Assembly: GCA_031459535.1 (NCBI GenBank)
Contig: JAVKIJ010000077.1
Coordinates: 1-15,912 of the forward strand
Length of the DNA: 15,912 bases
Reading direction: 5' to 3'
Origin: Candidatus Fervidifonticultor quintus
Lineage (GTDB): Bacteria > Sysuimicrobiota > Sysuimicrobiia > Sysuimicrobiales > Humicultoraceae
Made by a program: the position numbers and the translations under genes. How positions within the stretch are numbered: position 1 is the first letter of the stretch; every line of letters begins with the position of its first letter. A model generated the notes under the pieces. It ran no database searches. It was not told where the DNA came from and saw nothing but the letters and a program-made list of their open reading frames with translations. Shown here in pieces: positions 1-7,901 of this stretch.

Positions 1-649
1 CACTCACCATTAGCAGGCCCAGTCGCCATCCCCGTCCCGATCCAAGGATCAGCGCGACCGCCAGGCCGGCGGCGGCGCCCAGCCAAGCCCCGCGCGACCA
101 GGTGAGGACCAGCGCGGCGACGACCACCGCCAGACCCCCGGCCGCCGCCAGACGTCGCCGGCCGTCGCCGTCGGCTGCGAAACCGGCTAGCAGAGCGGCG
201 GCCGTGGCCAGCGTGGTGCCCAGTTCGTTGGACGTCAGGTAGGGGAGCCAGGTCCGGGCATCGGCGGCGCTCCCCAGTCGGGCGATGCCCCACGCCCCGG
301 CCACCACGCCGCCCGCTGCCCACGAGGCCAGGAACCTGCGGCCGAACTCGCTCCGGCGCCGCGCGGCGAGGACCGTCGCCCGCACGACGACCGCGGCGAC
401 CACGGTGAGCGTGGCCGCCGCGACCAGCGCGTTGCCCGTGTACTCCGACACGACCCCGGAGGCCAGCGCCGCGGCGCACAGCATCCAGAGGCCGGGGTCG
501 AGGGCGGTGCGGACCCACAGGGGTTCGCCAGCAAAGATCTCTCCCAGGAGGATGATCGCCAGTAACCCTGCGGCGACGAGCGCGTGGCCGGAAGCGAAAC
601 CCAGCCCCATCGCCACCAGCAGGGCCTCGCGCCAGCGCCACGCCGGCAC
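1..649 (-). CDS. O-antigen ligase family (WaaL/Wzy_C-like) membrane protein, 5' part only (runs off the left edge)
   Basis: Not in the ORF track. Manual translation from GTG at 649 (1 nt after the GT2 stop) is open to the window edge: VPAWRWREALLVAMGLGFASGHALVAAGLLAIILLGE...YLTSNELGTTLA...VVVAALVLTWSRGAWLGAAAGLAVALILG. It has several hydrophobic segments and the T-x-SRG-x-W-L motif typical of O-antigen ligase/Wzy_C proteins. Confidence 0.8.
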   Translation of the reverse strand, partial: MPAWRWREALLVAMGLGFASGHALVAAGLLAIILLGEIFAGEPLWVRTALDPGLWMLCAAALASGVVSEYTGNALVAAATLTVVAAVVVRATVLAARRRSEFGRRFLASWAAGGVVAGAWGIARLGSAADARTWLPYLTSNELGTTLATAAALLAGFAADGDGRRRLAAAGGLAVVVAALVLTWSRGAWLGAAAGLAVALILGSGRGWRLGLLMVS

Positions 650-650
650 C

Positions 651-1577
651 TTACCGACCCTCCGGCAGCGCGCGGAACCGGTCGAGGGCGGACAGGTAGT
701 GGCGGTTGAGGACGCCCCGAATCACCAGGCCCGCCAGCGCGTACTGGCCGCGCGCCAGGAGCCAGCGCGCGAGGCGCGGCGCATTTCGGGAGGTGAGCAG
801 GCCGCCGCCGCCCAGGATGAAGTGAATGGCCCGCTGCACCGGCGTGTCCTGGATCATCCATCGGGTCTGCGCGGTCGGGTGCTTGCGGAGCAGGTAAAGC
901 GCAGTGCGCGCGCGTTCCTCTTCCTTCGCCAGATACCGCTCCAGGGTGTCCACCGTCGGGACGGGCTGGATGTGAAACGCGATGGCCTCGTGGTCGAAGA
1001 CCCGGGGAATGCCCAGGGCCTGCAGCCGCAGACCCAGATCGAAGTCCTCCCACCCGTACGCTCGGAAGCCCTCGTCGAACATGCCCACGTCCACCAGGGT
1101 CTGGCGCGGGATCGAGGCGTTGGCCGTGTCGAGATAGGCCGGCGAGAGACGGGCGACGGGATCCCGCGCCGGCAACGCCGCGGCGGGGATCAGGACCACC
1201 GGTCCCCGGCCCACGACGGGTCTGCCGGCGCCGCGGTGGAGGTCGAGATGGCGCCGGAGGAATTCCGGCCGCACCAGTACGTCGCTGTCCACGAACACGA
1301 TGAGCGGCGCATCGGCCGCGCGGATGCCGGCGTTGCGGGCCGCGCTACGTCCCCGGTTGGTGTCGAGGCGCACACAGCGCACGCGCACCCGATCCCGCGC
1401 GGCCACTGCGATCACCTGGGGCGTCTCGTCCGTGGAGCCGTCATCGACCACCACGATCTCGTACGCCGCCGGTGGCAGTGTCTGCCTGCACAGATGGGAG
1501 AGCGTGAGGCCGAGCACGCCGGCGTCGTTGTAGACCGGTACCACCACGCTGAGCTGGGGCGAGCGGGCAGCACTCAC
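651..1577 (-). CDS. Glycosyltransferase family 2 (GT-A fold), about 308 aa
   Basis: Motifs LSVVVPVYN, VVVDDGSTD, GRSAARNAG, DxD (FVDSD) and GWEDFDLG. Start placed at GTG 1577, 4 nt after the ABC transporter stop, rather than the track's 1661, which overlaps the upstream gene. Confidence 0.92.
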   Translation of the reverse strand: MSAARSPQLSVVVPVYNDAGVLGLTLSHLCRQTLPPAAYEIVVVDDGSTDETPQVIAVAARDRVRVRCVRLDTNRGRSAARNAGIRAADAPLIVFVDSDVLVRPEFLRRHLDLHRGAGRPVVGRGPVVLIPAAALPARDPVARLSPAYLDTANASIPRQTLVDVGMFDEGFRAYGWEDFDLGLRLQALGIPRVFDHEAIAFHIQPVPTVDTLERYLAKEEERARTALYLLRKHPTAQTRWMIQDTPVQRAIHFILGGGGLLTSRNAPRLARWLLARGQYALAGLVIRGVLNRHYLSALDRFRALPEGR

Positions 1578-1581
1578 GGCG

Positions 1582-3348
1582 CTACGATGAGGAGGTGGCC
1601 GTAGGCGCGGCGCCCTCCGCCGGAGTGGCGTCGAGAACCTGCAGTCGGAGCAGGCGCGCATACGCGCCGTCCCGGGTCACCAGATCGTCGTGCCGGCCGT
1701 CCTCGACCACCCGGCCCTGATCGAGGACAATGATGCGGTCCGCGCGCCGGATGGTGGATAACCGGTGGGCGATGATGAACGTCGTGCGACCCCGGGTGAT
1801 GTGGTCGATGGCGTCTCGGATCTGCGCCTCAGACTCGCTGTCCAGCGCCGAGGTCGCTTCGTCGAAGATCAACAGGCGTGGGTTGTTCAGCAGCGCTCGT
1901 GCGATGGCCAGGCGCTGCCGCTGGCCGCCCGAAAGCTGCAGGCCGTCGTCGCCCAGCAGCGTGTCGTAACCGTTACGCAGGCTGACGATGAAGTCGTGGG
2001 CGTTGGCGGCGCGGGCGGCGGCCGTCACCTCCTCCAGGGAGGCGTCGGGCCGCGCGTAGGCGATGTTGTCGCGAACCGTGCCGGCAAACAGCACGGTCTC
2101 CTGAGGGACCAGGCCGATCTGTGCGCGCAACGACCGCAGCGTGACCCGCCGGAGGTCACGACCGTCGATCTCCACGCGCCCCTCGACCGGGTCGTAGAAC
2201 CGCGCCAGCAGGTTCACCAGCGTGGACTTCCCCGCGCCGCTGGCACCCACCAGCGCCACGCGCTGCCCCGGGGGGACCTCTAGCGTGAGGTCGCGCAGCG
2301 CCCACCGGCCCGGCGCGTACGCAAAGGAGACGCGGTCAAACCGCACCCGGCCCGAGATCGGCGGCAGTGGGACCGCGTCAGGACTCTCGTGGAGCTGCGA
2401 AGGCTCGTCCAGTAGCGCCCGCACCCGGCCGAACGCGCCAAGGGCCTGGCGCAGACCCGAGTAGTGGCGGGTCAGCCCCACGGCCGGCTCGACTGCGAAC
2501 CCCACGTAGGCCAGGAACGCCACCAGCGAACCGGCGGTGAGATGGCCGGCGTTGACCCGCTGACCGCCCAACCAGAGCACGAGCACCAGGCCCAGCGCCG
2601 TCAGAAAACTCACCACCGGGACCTGGACCGCCACAAGACGGGCAATGCGCACATTGGCGGTGAAGCTCTGCTCGTTGCGCGTTCGAAACCGACCGATCTC
2701 ACGGTCCTCGCGCGCGAAGGCCCTGATGACCCGGGCGCCGGTGAACGCTTCCCGGATGAGCCCGGCCAGCCCCGCGACGTGCTCCTGGGCGCGGACGGTC
2801 GTCCCCTGGATCTCCTGGCCGAACCGGCGCGCCAGCGTGCCCACCAGCGGAATGACCAGGGCCACCGCCAGTGCCAGCTGCCAGTCGATCCACACCAGCA
2901 TCACCACGATGCCGAGCAACATGAGCGCGGTGGAGATGGCGTCGATAGCCCCGGTCAGCAACTGCGACTGCACCACCTGGGTATCCTGCAGGCTGCGCGC
3001 GATGGCATCGCCGCTCTGCCAGACCGCGAAGCGGTCCAGCGACCACCGCTGAATGCGGGCGAACAGATCCTGACGAAGGTCGGCGGTGACCCGATGACTC
3101 AGGTAGAACATCAGGTAGAGCTGCGCGTAGAGCATCAGGCTGCGCAACCCGAAGAGCAGCAGGATGATCAGCGTGGCGCGATTGAGAGCCGCAAACGAGC
3201 GGGTCGCGATGAGCTCGTCGATCAGGCCGCCGGTGTAGCGTGGCACCCAGAGGTTGACGGCCGTCACGCACAAGGCCGCGCCCAGGGCGCCCGCGAGATG
3301 GAGGTGGTAGCGGGCCACATAGGCAATCAGGCGCTGTATGTCGCTCAT
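1582..3348 (-). CDS. msbA: ABC exporter with fused TMD and NBD, MsbA-like (probable lipid A flippase), 588 aa
   Basis: N-terminal transmembrane domain of about 6 helices, Walker A GASGAGKST, Q-loop LVPQE, signature LSGGQRQR, Walker B/D-loop LIFDEATSALD and H-loop IAHRLST. ATG 3348 overlaps the lpxB-like stop (ATGA). The family call is strong; the MsbA function is inferred from context. Confidence 0.85.
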   Translation of the reverse strand: MSDIQRLIAYVARYHLHLAGALGAALCVTAVNLWVPRYTGGLIDELIATRSFAALNRATLIILLLFGLRSLMLYAQLYLMFYLSHRVTADLRQDLFARIQRWSLDRFAVWQSGDAIARSLQDTQVVQSQLLTGAIDAISTALMLLGIVVMLVWIDWQLALAVALVIPLVGTLARRFGQEIQGTTVRAQEHVAGLAGLIREAFTGARVIRAFAREDREIGRFRTRNEQSFTANVRIARLVAVQVPVVSFLTALGLVLVLWLGGQRVNAGHLTAGSLVAFLAYVGFAVEPAVGLTRHYSGLRQALGAFGRVRALLDEPSQLHESPDAVPLPPISGRVRFDRVSFAYAPGRWALRDLTLEVPPGQRVALVGASGAGKSTLVNLLARFYDPVEGRVEIDGRDLRRVTLRSLRAQIGLVPQETVLFAGTVRDNIAYARPDASLEEVTAAARAANAHDFIVSLRNGYDTLLGDDGLQLSGGQRQRLAIARALLNNPRLLIFDEATSALDSESEAQIRDAIDHITRGRTTFIIAHRLSTIRRADRIIVLDQGRVVEDGRHDDLVTRDGAYARLLRLQVLDATPAEGAAPTATSSS

Positions 3349-4538
3349 GCCGTCAGCGTGTCCGCCAGGACATGGTCCAAGATGCGGCCTGACGCGCCGA
3401 CTTCCCGGGGGACAGACTCCAGGGCCTCCACCAGCGCGGCCCTGGCCGCCTCGTCCCTGACCAGACGCGCACATTCTGCCGCCACCTGCTCAGGCGTCAC
3501 GTTCCCGATCAACTCGGGCATGACGCGCCGGCCGGCCCGCATGTTGGGAAGCGCCACGTACGGCCGGCGCCGCACGTACGCCCGGGCGATTCGCAGCCGC
3601 AATGCCGGGCCGAGGTAGGGGATCCGCGTGATCCACTCAATGAGACCTTCGGCCGGGATCTGGGGCGCCAGGCTGAACGGCAGCACGACCAGGCTGGGGA
3701 TCCGCAGGATGGCCAGCTCCAGGGTGTTGGTGCCGGGGATCGTCAGCACCAGGTCAGACCCCACAACGCTGGGCCAGCCGCCGAAGCCGACCTCAATGCC
3801 CGCCGCGTCCAGGGTCTGTCGGTACCGAGCCACCAGCGCGGCGCGGGTCTGCGGCGACACAAACGGCGAGATGATGGTCTGCAACCGGGCCTCGGGGAGC
3901 TCGCGTCGCAGTGCCGCCGCGGTCTGGACCCAGAAGGGGAACACCGCGGAGAAGACCGTATCGCGGCTTCCGGGCAGGAAGGTCACCGTGGGGTGCGTCC
4001 CATTGCCCTGGGCGGGGGCACTGGCAGCATCGTGCAGGACCGCGTCGTAGCGAGGATCACCGACGACCGTGACCTTCTCCGGGGGCACGCCATACCGTAT
4101 CAGGCGCTCCCGGAGTTCCGCCGTGGGCACGAAGATCGCCCGAAACGACCTGTGGCCGTGTGCAATGTGCGCCCGCTCCACGAAGGCCGACGCGGGCGCC
4201 TTCCAGCGCCGGGCCAACCGCCGGCTGAACCAGAGGTCCCCGCCGACGTGCAATACTGCGGCCGCTCCCTCCGGCCTCCACCCCGGCAGGCCCAGCGCCA
4301 GGCGTGTGACGTCCCGCGGATCGAGGATACGGTCGAACAGGCCGCTGGCCTCGGCGGCCGCCCGCTCCTGACCGCTGGCAAACTGGCAGGGCGGCAGGCA
4401 GAGGGTGATCTCGAGGGCCTCCGGCCGGTTTCGACGCCGCTTGCGGGCTTCCGTCGCAATCGGCATGGCCCACCCGGCAACTTCGCCCGGGCCGTTGCCG
4501 ACGACGATGAGAGAGGTAACCGGCGGGCCGGCAGCCAT
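3345..4538 (-). CDS. lpxB: Lipid-A-disaccharide synthase-like protein (LpxB/GT19, divergent type), about 397 aa
   Basis: LpxB-like motifs in the canonical order: VVGDP (cf. VGHP), FLPGSR (cf. LLPGSR), PGTNTLELAILRIP (cf. SGTATLE..L...P) and VALPN...VMPELI (cf. SLPN...PELLQ). The N-terminal loop is GNGPGE. Start is ATG 4538 or TTG 4547. Confidence 0.78.
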   Translation of the reverse strand: MAAGPPVTSLIVVGNGPGEVAGWAMPIATEARKRRRNRPEALEITLCLPPCQFASGQERAAAEASGLFDRILDPRDVTRLALGLPGWRPEGAAAVLHVGGDLWFSRRLARRWKAPASAFVERAHIAHGHRSFRAIFVPTAELRERLIRYGVPPEKVTVVGDPRYDAVLHDAASAPAQGNGTHPTVTFLPGSRDTVFSAVFPFWVQTAAALRRELPEARLQTIISPFVSPQTRAALVARYRQTLDAAGIEVGFGGWPSVVGSDLVLTIPGTNTLELAILRIPSLVVLPFSLAPQIPAEGLIEWITRIPYLGPALRLRIARAYVRRRPYVALPNMRAGRRVMPELIGNVTPEQVAAECARLVRDEAARAALVEALESVPREVGASGRILDHVLADTLTA

Positions 4539-4555
4539 CGCGCGCAAGACGCTCC

Positions 4556-4585
4556 ATTATAGTCTCCGGCTGGGGACCATGGCAA
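4556..4585 (-). promoter_or_regulatory. Putative sigma70-type promoter for the lpxB-msbA-GT2-ligase operon
   Basis: The minus strand reads TTGCCA (4585-4580), an 18-bp spacer, then a perfect TATAAT (4561-4556), directly upstream of the lpxB-like start in otherwise very GC-rich DNA. Confidence 0.65.
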
Positions 4586-4665
4586 TTCGCGTCGCAGGCC
4601 GCATACCGTCGCTGGACGTGCCGGTTCGAAGGTCGCTGGCTCGCGAGCGGCGAAACGTGGGACGG

Positions 4666-6276
4666 ATGCGCCCCGGCGTCTTGGCACTTCTGGTCGGGCT
4701 GGCGGGGCTGGTGATCCTGGCGGCTGCGCCGGTGCCGCACGTTGACGGGGACGCGCTGCTCTACGCCAGGATCGCCGCCAACGTCCTGGCCTCCGGTGAC
4801 TGGCTCACGTTTCACCACCCTGGCTGGCTGGTCGACAAGCCCCCAATGGTGTTCTGGTTCATGGCCGGTTCATTCTGGCTGCTGGGGATCTCGGACGCCA
4901 CGATGCGGCTGTGGCAACTGCTGCTGGCGCTGGGACTGATGGGGATCACCACGGCGGCCTCGCGCGCCTCGGGCGGCTCACGCGTCGAGAGCCTGCTCGC
5001 GGCGTTGATCCTGGGTACTGCACTGCAGTTCTTCTACCAGGCCACTGCACCCGGACAGGATGTGGCCCTGACGGTCTTCCTCTCGTGCGCGGTCTACGGT
5101 CTGCTCCGCTACGTCCAGCGCGGCGGAGCATGGTGGATGGGGGTCAGCAGCGTAGCGGTGGCGCTGGCCATGCTTACCAAGGGCCTCGTCGGTCTCGCCC
5201 TCTTCGGCGCTGTAGTGATGGTTGCGGCAGCGTGGATTCGCCGCGCGCCGCCGTATCCGTGGCCTCGCATGGCGGCGCACGCCGGGGCGGCGGCCGTGGG
5301 ATTCGCCGCGGTGGCACTGCCGTGGTACGCCTACGGGGTCTGGCGGCACGGCGAGCCGTTCGTGAATACGTTTCTCACCTCGGGGGCGCTCGGGATCGGC
5401 CGATTCTTCCGGCCGGTGCTCTCCGCGCCGCCGCCTTACTGGATCGCCATCTTCGCCTACCTGCCGTTGCTGCTCCTGGGCGCGTTGCCGTGGACGCCTG
5501 CGTTCCTGGCTGGCTTGCCAGGCATCGCCAGGATCGTACGCGAGGACCCGCCGGGCCCACGGATTGTCGTCGCCTGGTTCGTGGGGATGTTCGCGGTACT
5601 GTCCCTGTCGTCGGGCGACAAGGTCTTTCGCTACCTGCTCCCGGTGTACCCGCCCCTCGCCGTCTTGACGGCACGGGGCCTGATAGGACTGGTGGAGGAT
5701 CGCCGGCGCCTGCGCGCAGCCGGATGGCTGGCGGTGGGGCCTGCCGTCGTCCTGGCGGCAGCGGGCTTCTGGTCGCTGTGGGCGGCATTTCCGCCTGCCC
5801 GTGGGCTGCTGGTGGCGGTGGTGCTGCCCGGCGTCGGCATGCTCGCGGTGGCGGTGGCGGGCTTTGGCGCTGCGGCTCTGGCGGGGGCAGGGCGCGCGGC
5901 GATCCTGATCGCCGCCGTGGGTGCCATGACCGGGTATGCCTTGTTCGAGCGCAGCCTGGTGGTCCACAGGACGGCGGTGGATCCCTGGCCGGCCATCGTG
6001 ACGGCCGCCGCCCCGTACGCGCAGGCGCGCCCGCTCCTGGTGCTCTACGGCCGAGCCGCTGAAGGGTTCAACTTCGCCCAGTTCCACTTCGAGACCCCGG
6101 TCCTGACCGCGCAGTCGCTGGACGAGCTGCGCGCCCTCTGGCAGCAGCACCTACTGGTGGTCGTGCCGCTCGAGCGGGCCGGCGAGCTCGCTGCGCTGCG
6201 CCCGACGCCCGTGGTCCTGCTGCGCAGCGATGCCCGCGTGCTCCTGATTTCCAACAACCCTCCGCTCGGGCGCTGA
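4666..6276 (+). CDS. ArnT/GT83 (PMT_2 family, GT-C) polyprenyl-phosphate-sugar-dependent glycosyltransferase, about 536 aa
   Basis: Motifs GDALLYARIAANVLASGDW, DKPPMVFW, QDVALT, MLTKGLVG, ALPWY, YLPLLLLGALPW and K.FRYLLPVYPPLA, with many TM helices and a soluble C-terminal tail. The start is uncertain: in-frame ATG 4579, GTG 4657 or ATG 4666. The track's 4405 start overlaps lpxB. Confidence 0.85.
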   Translation: MRPGVLALLVGLAGLVILAAAPVPHVDGDALLYARIAANVLASGDWLTFHHPGWLVDKPPMVFWFMAGSFWLLGISDATMRLWQLLLALGLMGITTAASRASGGSRVESLLAALILGTALQFFYQATAPGQDVALTVFLSCAVYGLLRYVQRGGAWWMGVSSVAVALAMLTKGLVGLALFGAVVMVAAAWIRRAPPYPWPRMAAHAGAAAVGFAAVALPWYAYGVWRHGEPFVNTFLTSGALGIGRFFRPVLSAPPPYWIAIFAYLPLLLLGALPWTPAFLAGLPGIARIVREDPPGPRIVVAWFVGMFAVLSLSSGDKVFRYLLPVYPPLAVLTARGLIGLVEDRRRLRAAGWLAVGPAVVLAAAGFWSLWAAFPPARGLLVAVVLPGVGMLAVAVAGFGAAALAGAGRAAILIAAVGAMTGYALFERSLVVHRTAVDPWPAIVTAAAPYAQARPLLVLYGRAAEGFNFAQFHFETPVLTAQSLDELRALWQQHLLVVVPLERAGELAALRPTPVVLLRSDARVLLISNNPPLGR

Positions 6277-6350
6277 CGCAGCCCGGCTCGACAAGGGAAG
6301 CTCCGGAGCCCGGCAGAATATGGATCGGGACTTTGGCGTTGAGGTGTGGC

Positions 6351-7901
6351 GTGCGCGGCCTTCTCTGCCTGGCGGCCATCGTGCTCACACTGGCTGTCCA
6401 GCGCGCCGGCGCCCAGCCAGCCTCGGTGACGGTCGAAGCCGATCTCATTAGTTATGATTCGGTTCGACGGATCGTCACCGCGCAGGGGAATGTGCGCATC
6501 ACCGGTCCCCGCTACCGGGTCTTCGCCGATGCGGCGCGCTACGACCTGGGCGGAGAAGTCATGGTGGCCACCGGTCAGGTTCGGATCGTCGATGACCGTC
6601 GCCGCGAGCTGCGCGGAGCGACCCTCACGTACTTCACACGAACCGATGAGGTGCGCCTGGAGCCCAGCGAGGGGATCATCGATCCACAGCGTCGCGTCTT
6701 CGTGCGCGCGGCGCGGGCGCAGTTCACCCCGCAGCGCATCACGGGCGAGGAGAGCTTCGTCACCACGTGCGATCCCCGTCAACCGTTGGTGCACGTGACC
6801 GCGCGGCGCATTGAGATCGTACCCGAGGAGCAGCTCGTCGCCCACGACGCCGCGGTGTTCTTCGGCTCCCGCCGGATCTTCGGCATGTCGCGCTTCGTGG
6901 TCTCGCTGGTGCCCGGCGAGGAGGGCGTGCTGGTGCCCGGCTTCGGACACAACACCGTGGACGGGTTTTGGGTGGACCATCGGGCGCGCCTGCGGCTCCC
7001 GTCCGCCCGGGGGATGGTGCAGCTCAAGTACGGCACCCAGTCCGGGTTGTTCGGACTCCTGACGCTGACCTCTCCCGCACCGGCGTACACAGCGACGCTG
7101 CGGCTGGGGCGCACCCAGACCGTCAGCGACGAGCGCGAGCGCAGCCTCCTGCCCTACTACGTGGCCGAGATCGGCGCCCAGAGCCGGCCGGCGCCTGTGG
7201 GCCGGACGCCGTGGTCCTGGTCCGTCTCGGGCACAGCGGGGTGGTTCGAGGATCAGACGGCGCGGGTCTCGACCACGCGCCTGGACGGCCAGGTCCTGCT
7301 CCAGTCCAGCAGCATCTCCATCGCTCCCCGTCTGTCGTTCTCGGCGAACGCAGGCGTGCAGCTCACTGCCTACGGCACGGGCGCGAACAGGACGATCGCC
7401 AGCGCCGGGGTCGTGCTGTCGTACGCCGTAGATGCCCACACCACGGCCACGGCGGGCTATACGCTGCGTGGGATCAGCGGGGCTTCACCGCTGACCATCG
7501 ACGTCGTCGATCCGGCGAGTACGGTGAGCCTCGGGATGACCCGCGCGGTGACCGACCGGTATGTCGTCTCGACGTCGGTGGCCCACAACTTCGCGGTTCC
7601 AGAGACCACGGCCTGGGCGGCGGTCGCGGTGGCCGTCGGGTCGTCGTGGGAGGTCGGGGTGTCTGCGGTCTACAACTTCCGGCTGGCGGCATTCGACGAC
7701 ATTGACTACACCCTGCGACGGATCTGCGACTGCGTCGACGTGGTAGTGCGCTACCGGCAGGTCCGCAGCGAGGTGTCCATCGAGTTGGGCCTCGTGGGCT
7801 TCACCCAGCGCCCAGGGATCTTCGTACCGCGCTCAACGCCGCGTCCGCCGGCCTCGGAGGAGAACACGCCACGTCAGGCGATGGAGAACAACGCGAGATG
7901 A
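6351..7901 (+). CDS. lptD: LPS-assembly protein LptD-like (signal peptide, OstA/beta-jellyroll domain, short beta-barrel), about 516 aa
   Basis: GAGGT Shine-Dalgarno at 6341-6345 before GTG 6351 (alternative TTG 6333). Signal peptide ends AGA|Q. OstA-type segment VEADLISYD..IVTAQGNVRI..ADAARYD, then FVTTCDP (cf. FTSC), then alternating amphipathic beta-strands, with C-x-C near the C-terminus. Confidence 0.72.
   Translation: MRGLLCLAAIVLTLAVQRAGAQPASVTVEADLISYDSVRRIVTAQGNVRITGPRYRVFADAARYDLGGEVMVATGQVRIVDDRRRELRGATLTYFTRTDEVRLEPSEGIIDPQRRVFVRAARAQFTPQRITGEESFVTTCDPRQPLVHVTARRIEIVPEEQLVAHDAAVFFGSRRIFGMSRFVVSLVPGEEGVLVPGFGHNTVDGFWVDHRARLRLPSARGMVQLKYGTQSGLFGLLTLTSPAPAYTATLRLGRTQTVSDERERSLLPYYVAEIGAQSRPAPVGRTPWSWSVSGTAGWFEDQTARVSTTRLDGQVLLQSSSISIAPRLSFSANAGVQLTAYGTGANRTIASAGVVLSYAVDAHTTATAGYTLRGISGASPLTIDVVDPASTVSLGMTRAVTDRYVVSTSVAHNFAVPETTAWAAVAVAVGSSWEVGVSAVYNFRLAAFDDIDYTLRRICDCVDVVVRYRQVRSEVSIELGLVGFTQRPGIFVPRSTPRPPASEENTPRQAMENNAR

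Noticed and set aside
6288-6319. Possible promoter TCGACA...CAGAAT upstream of the lptD-like gene
   Set aside because: The spacer is 20 bp and both hexamers are imperfect, which is too weak to call.
6277-6332. Possible intrinsic terminator after the ArnT-like gene
   Set aside because: Only a short or imperfect inverted repeat is present, with no following U-tract.
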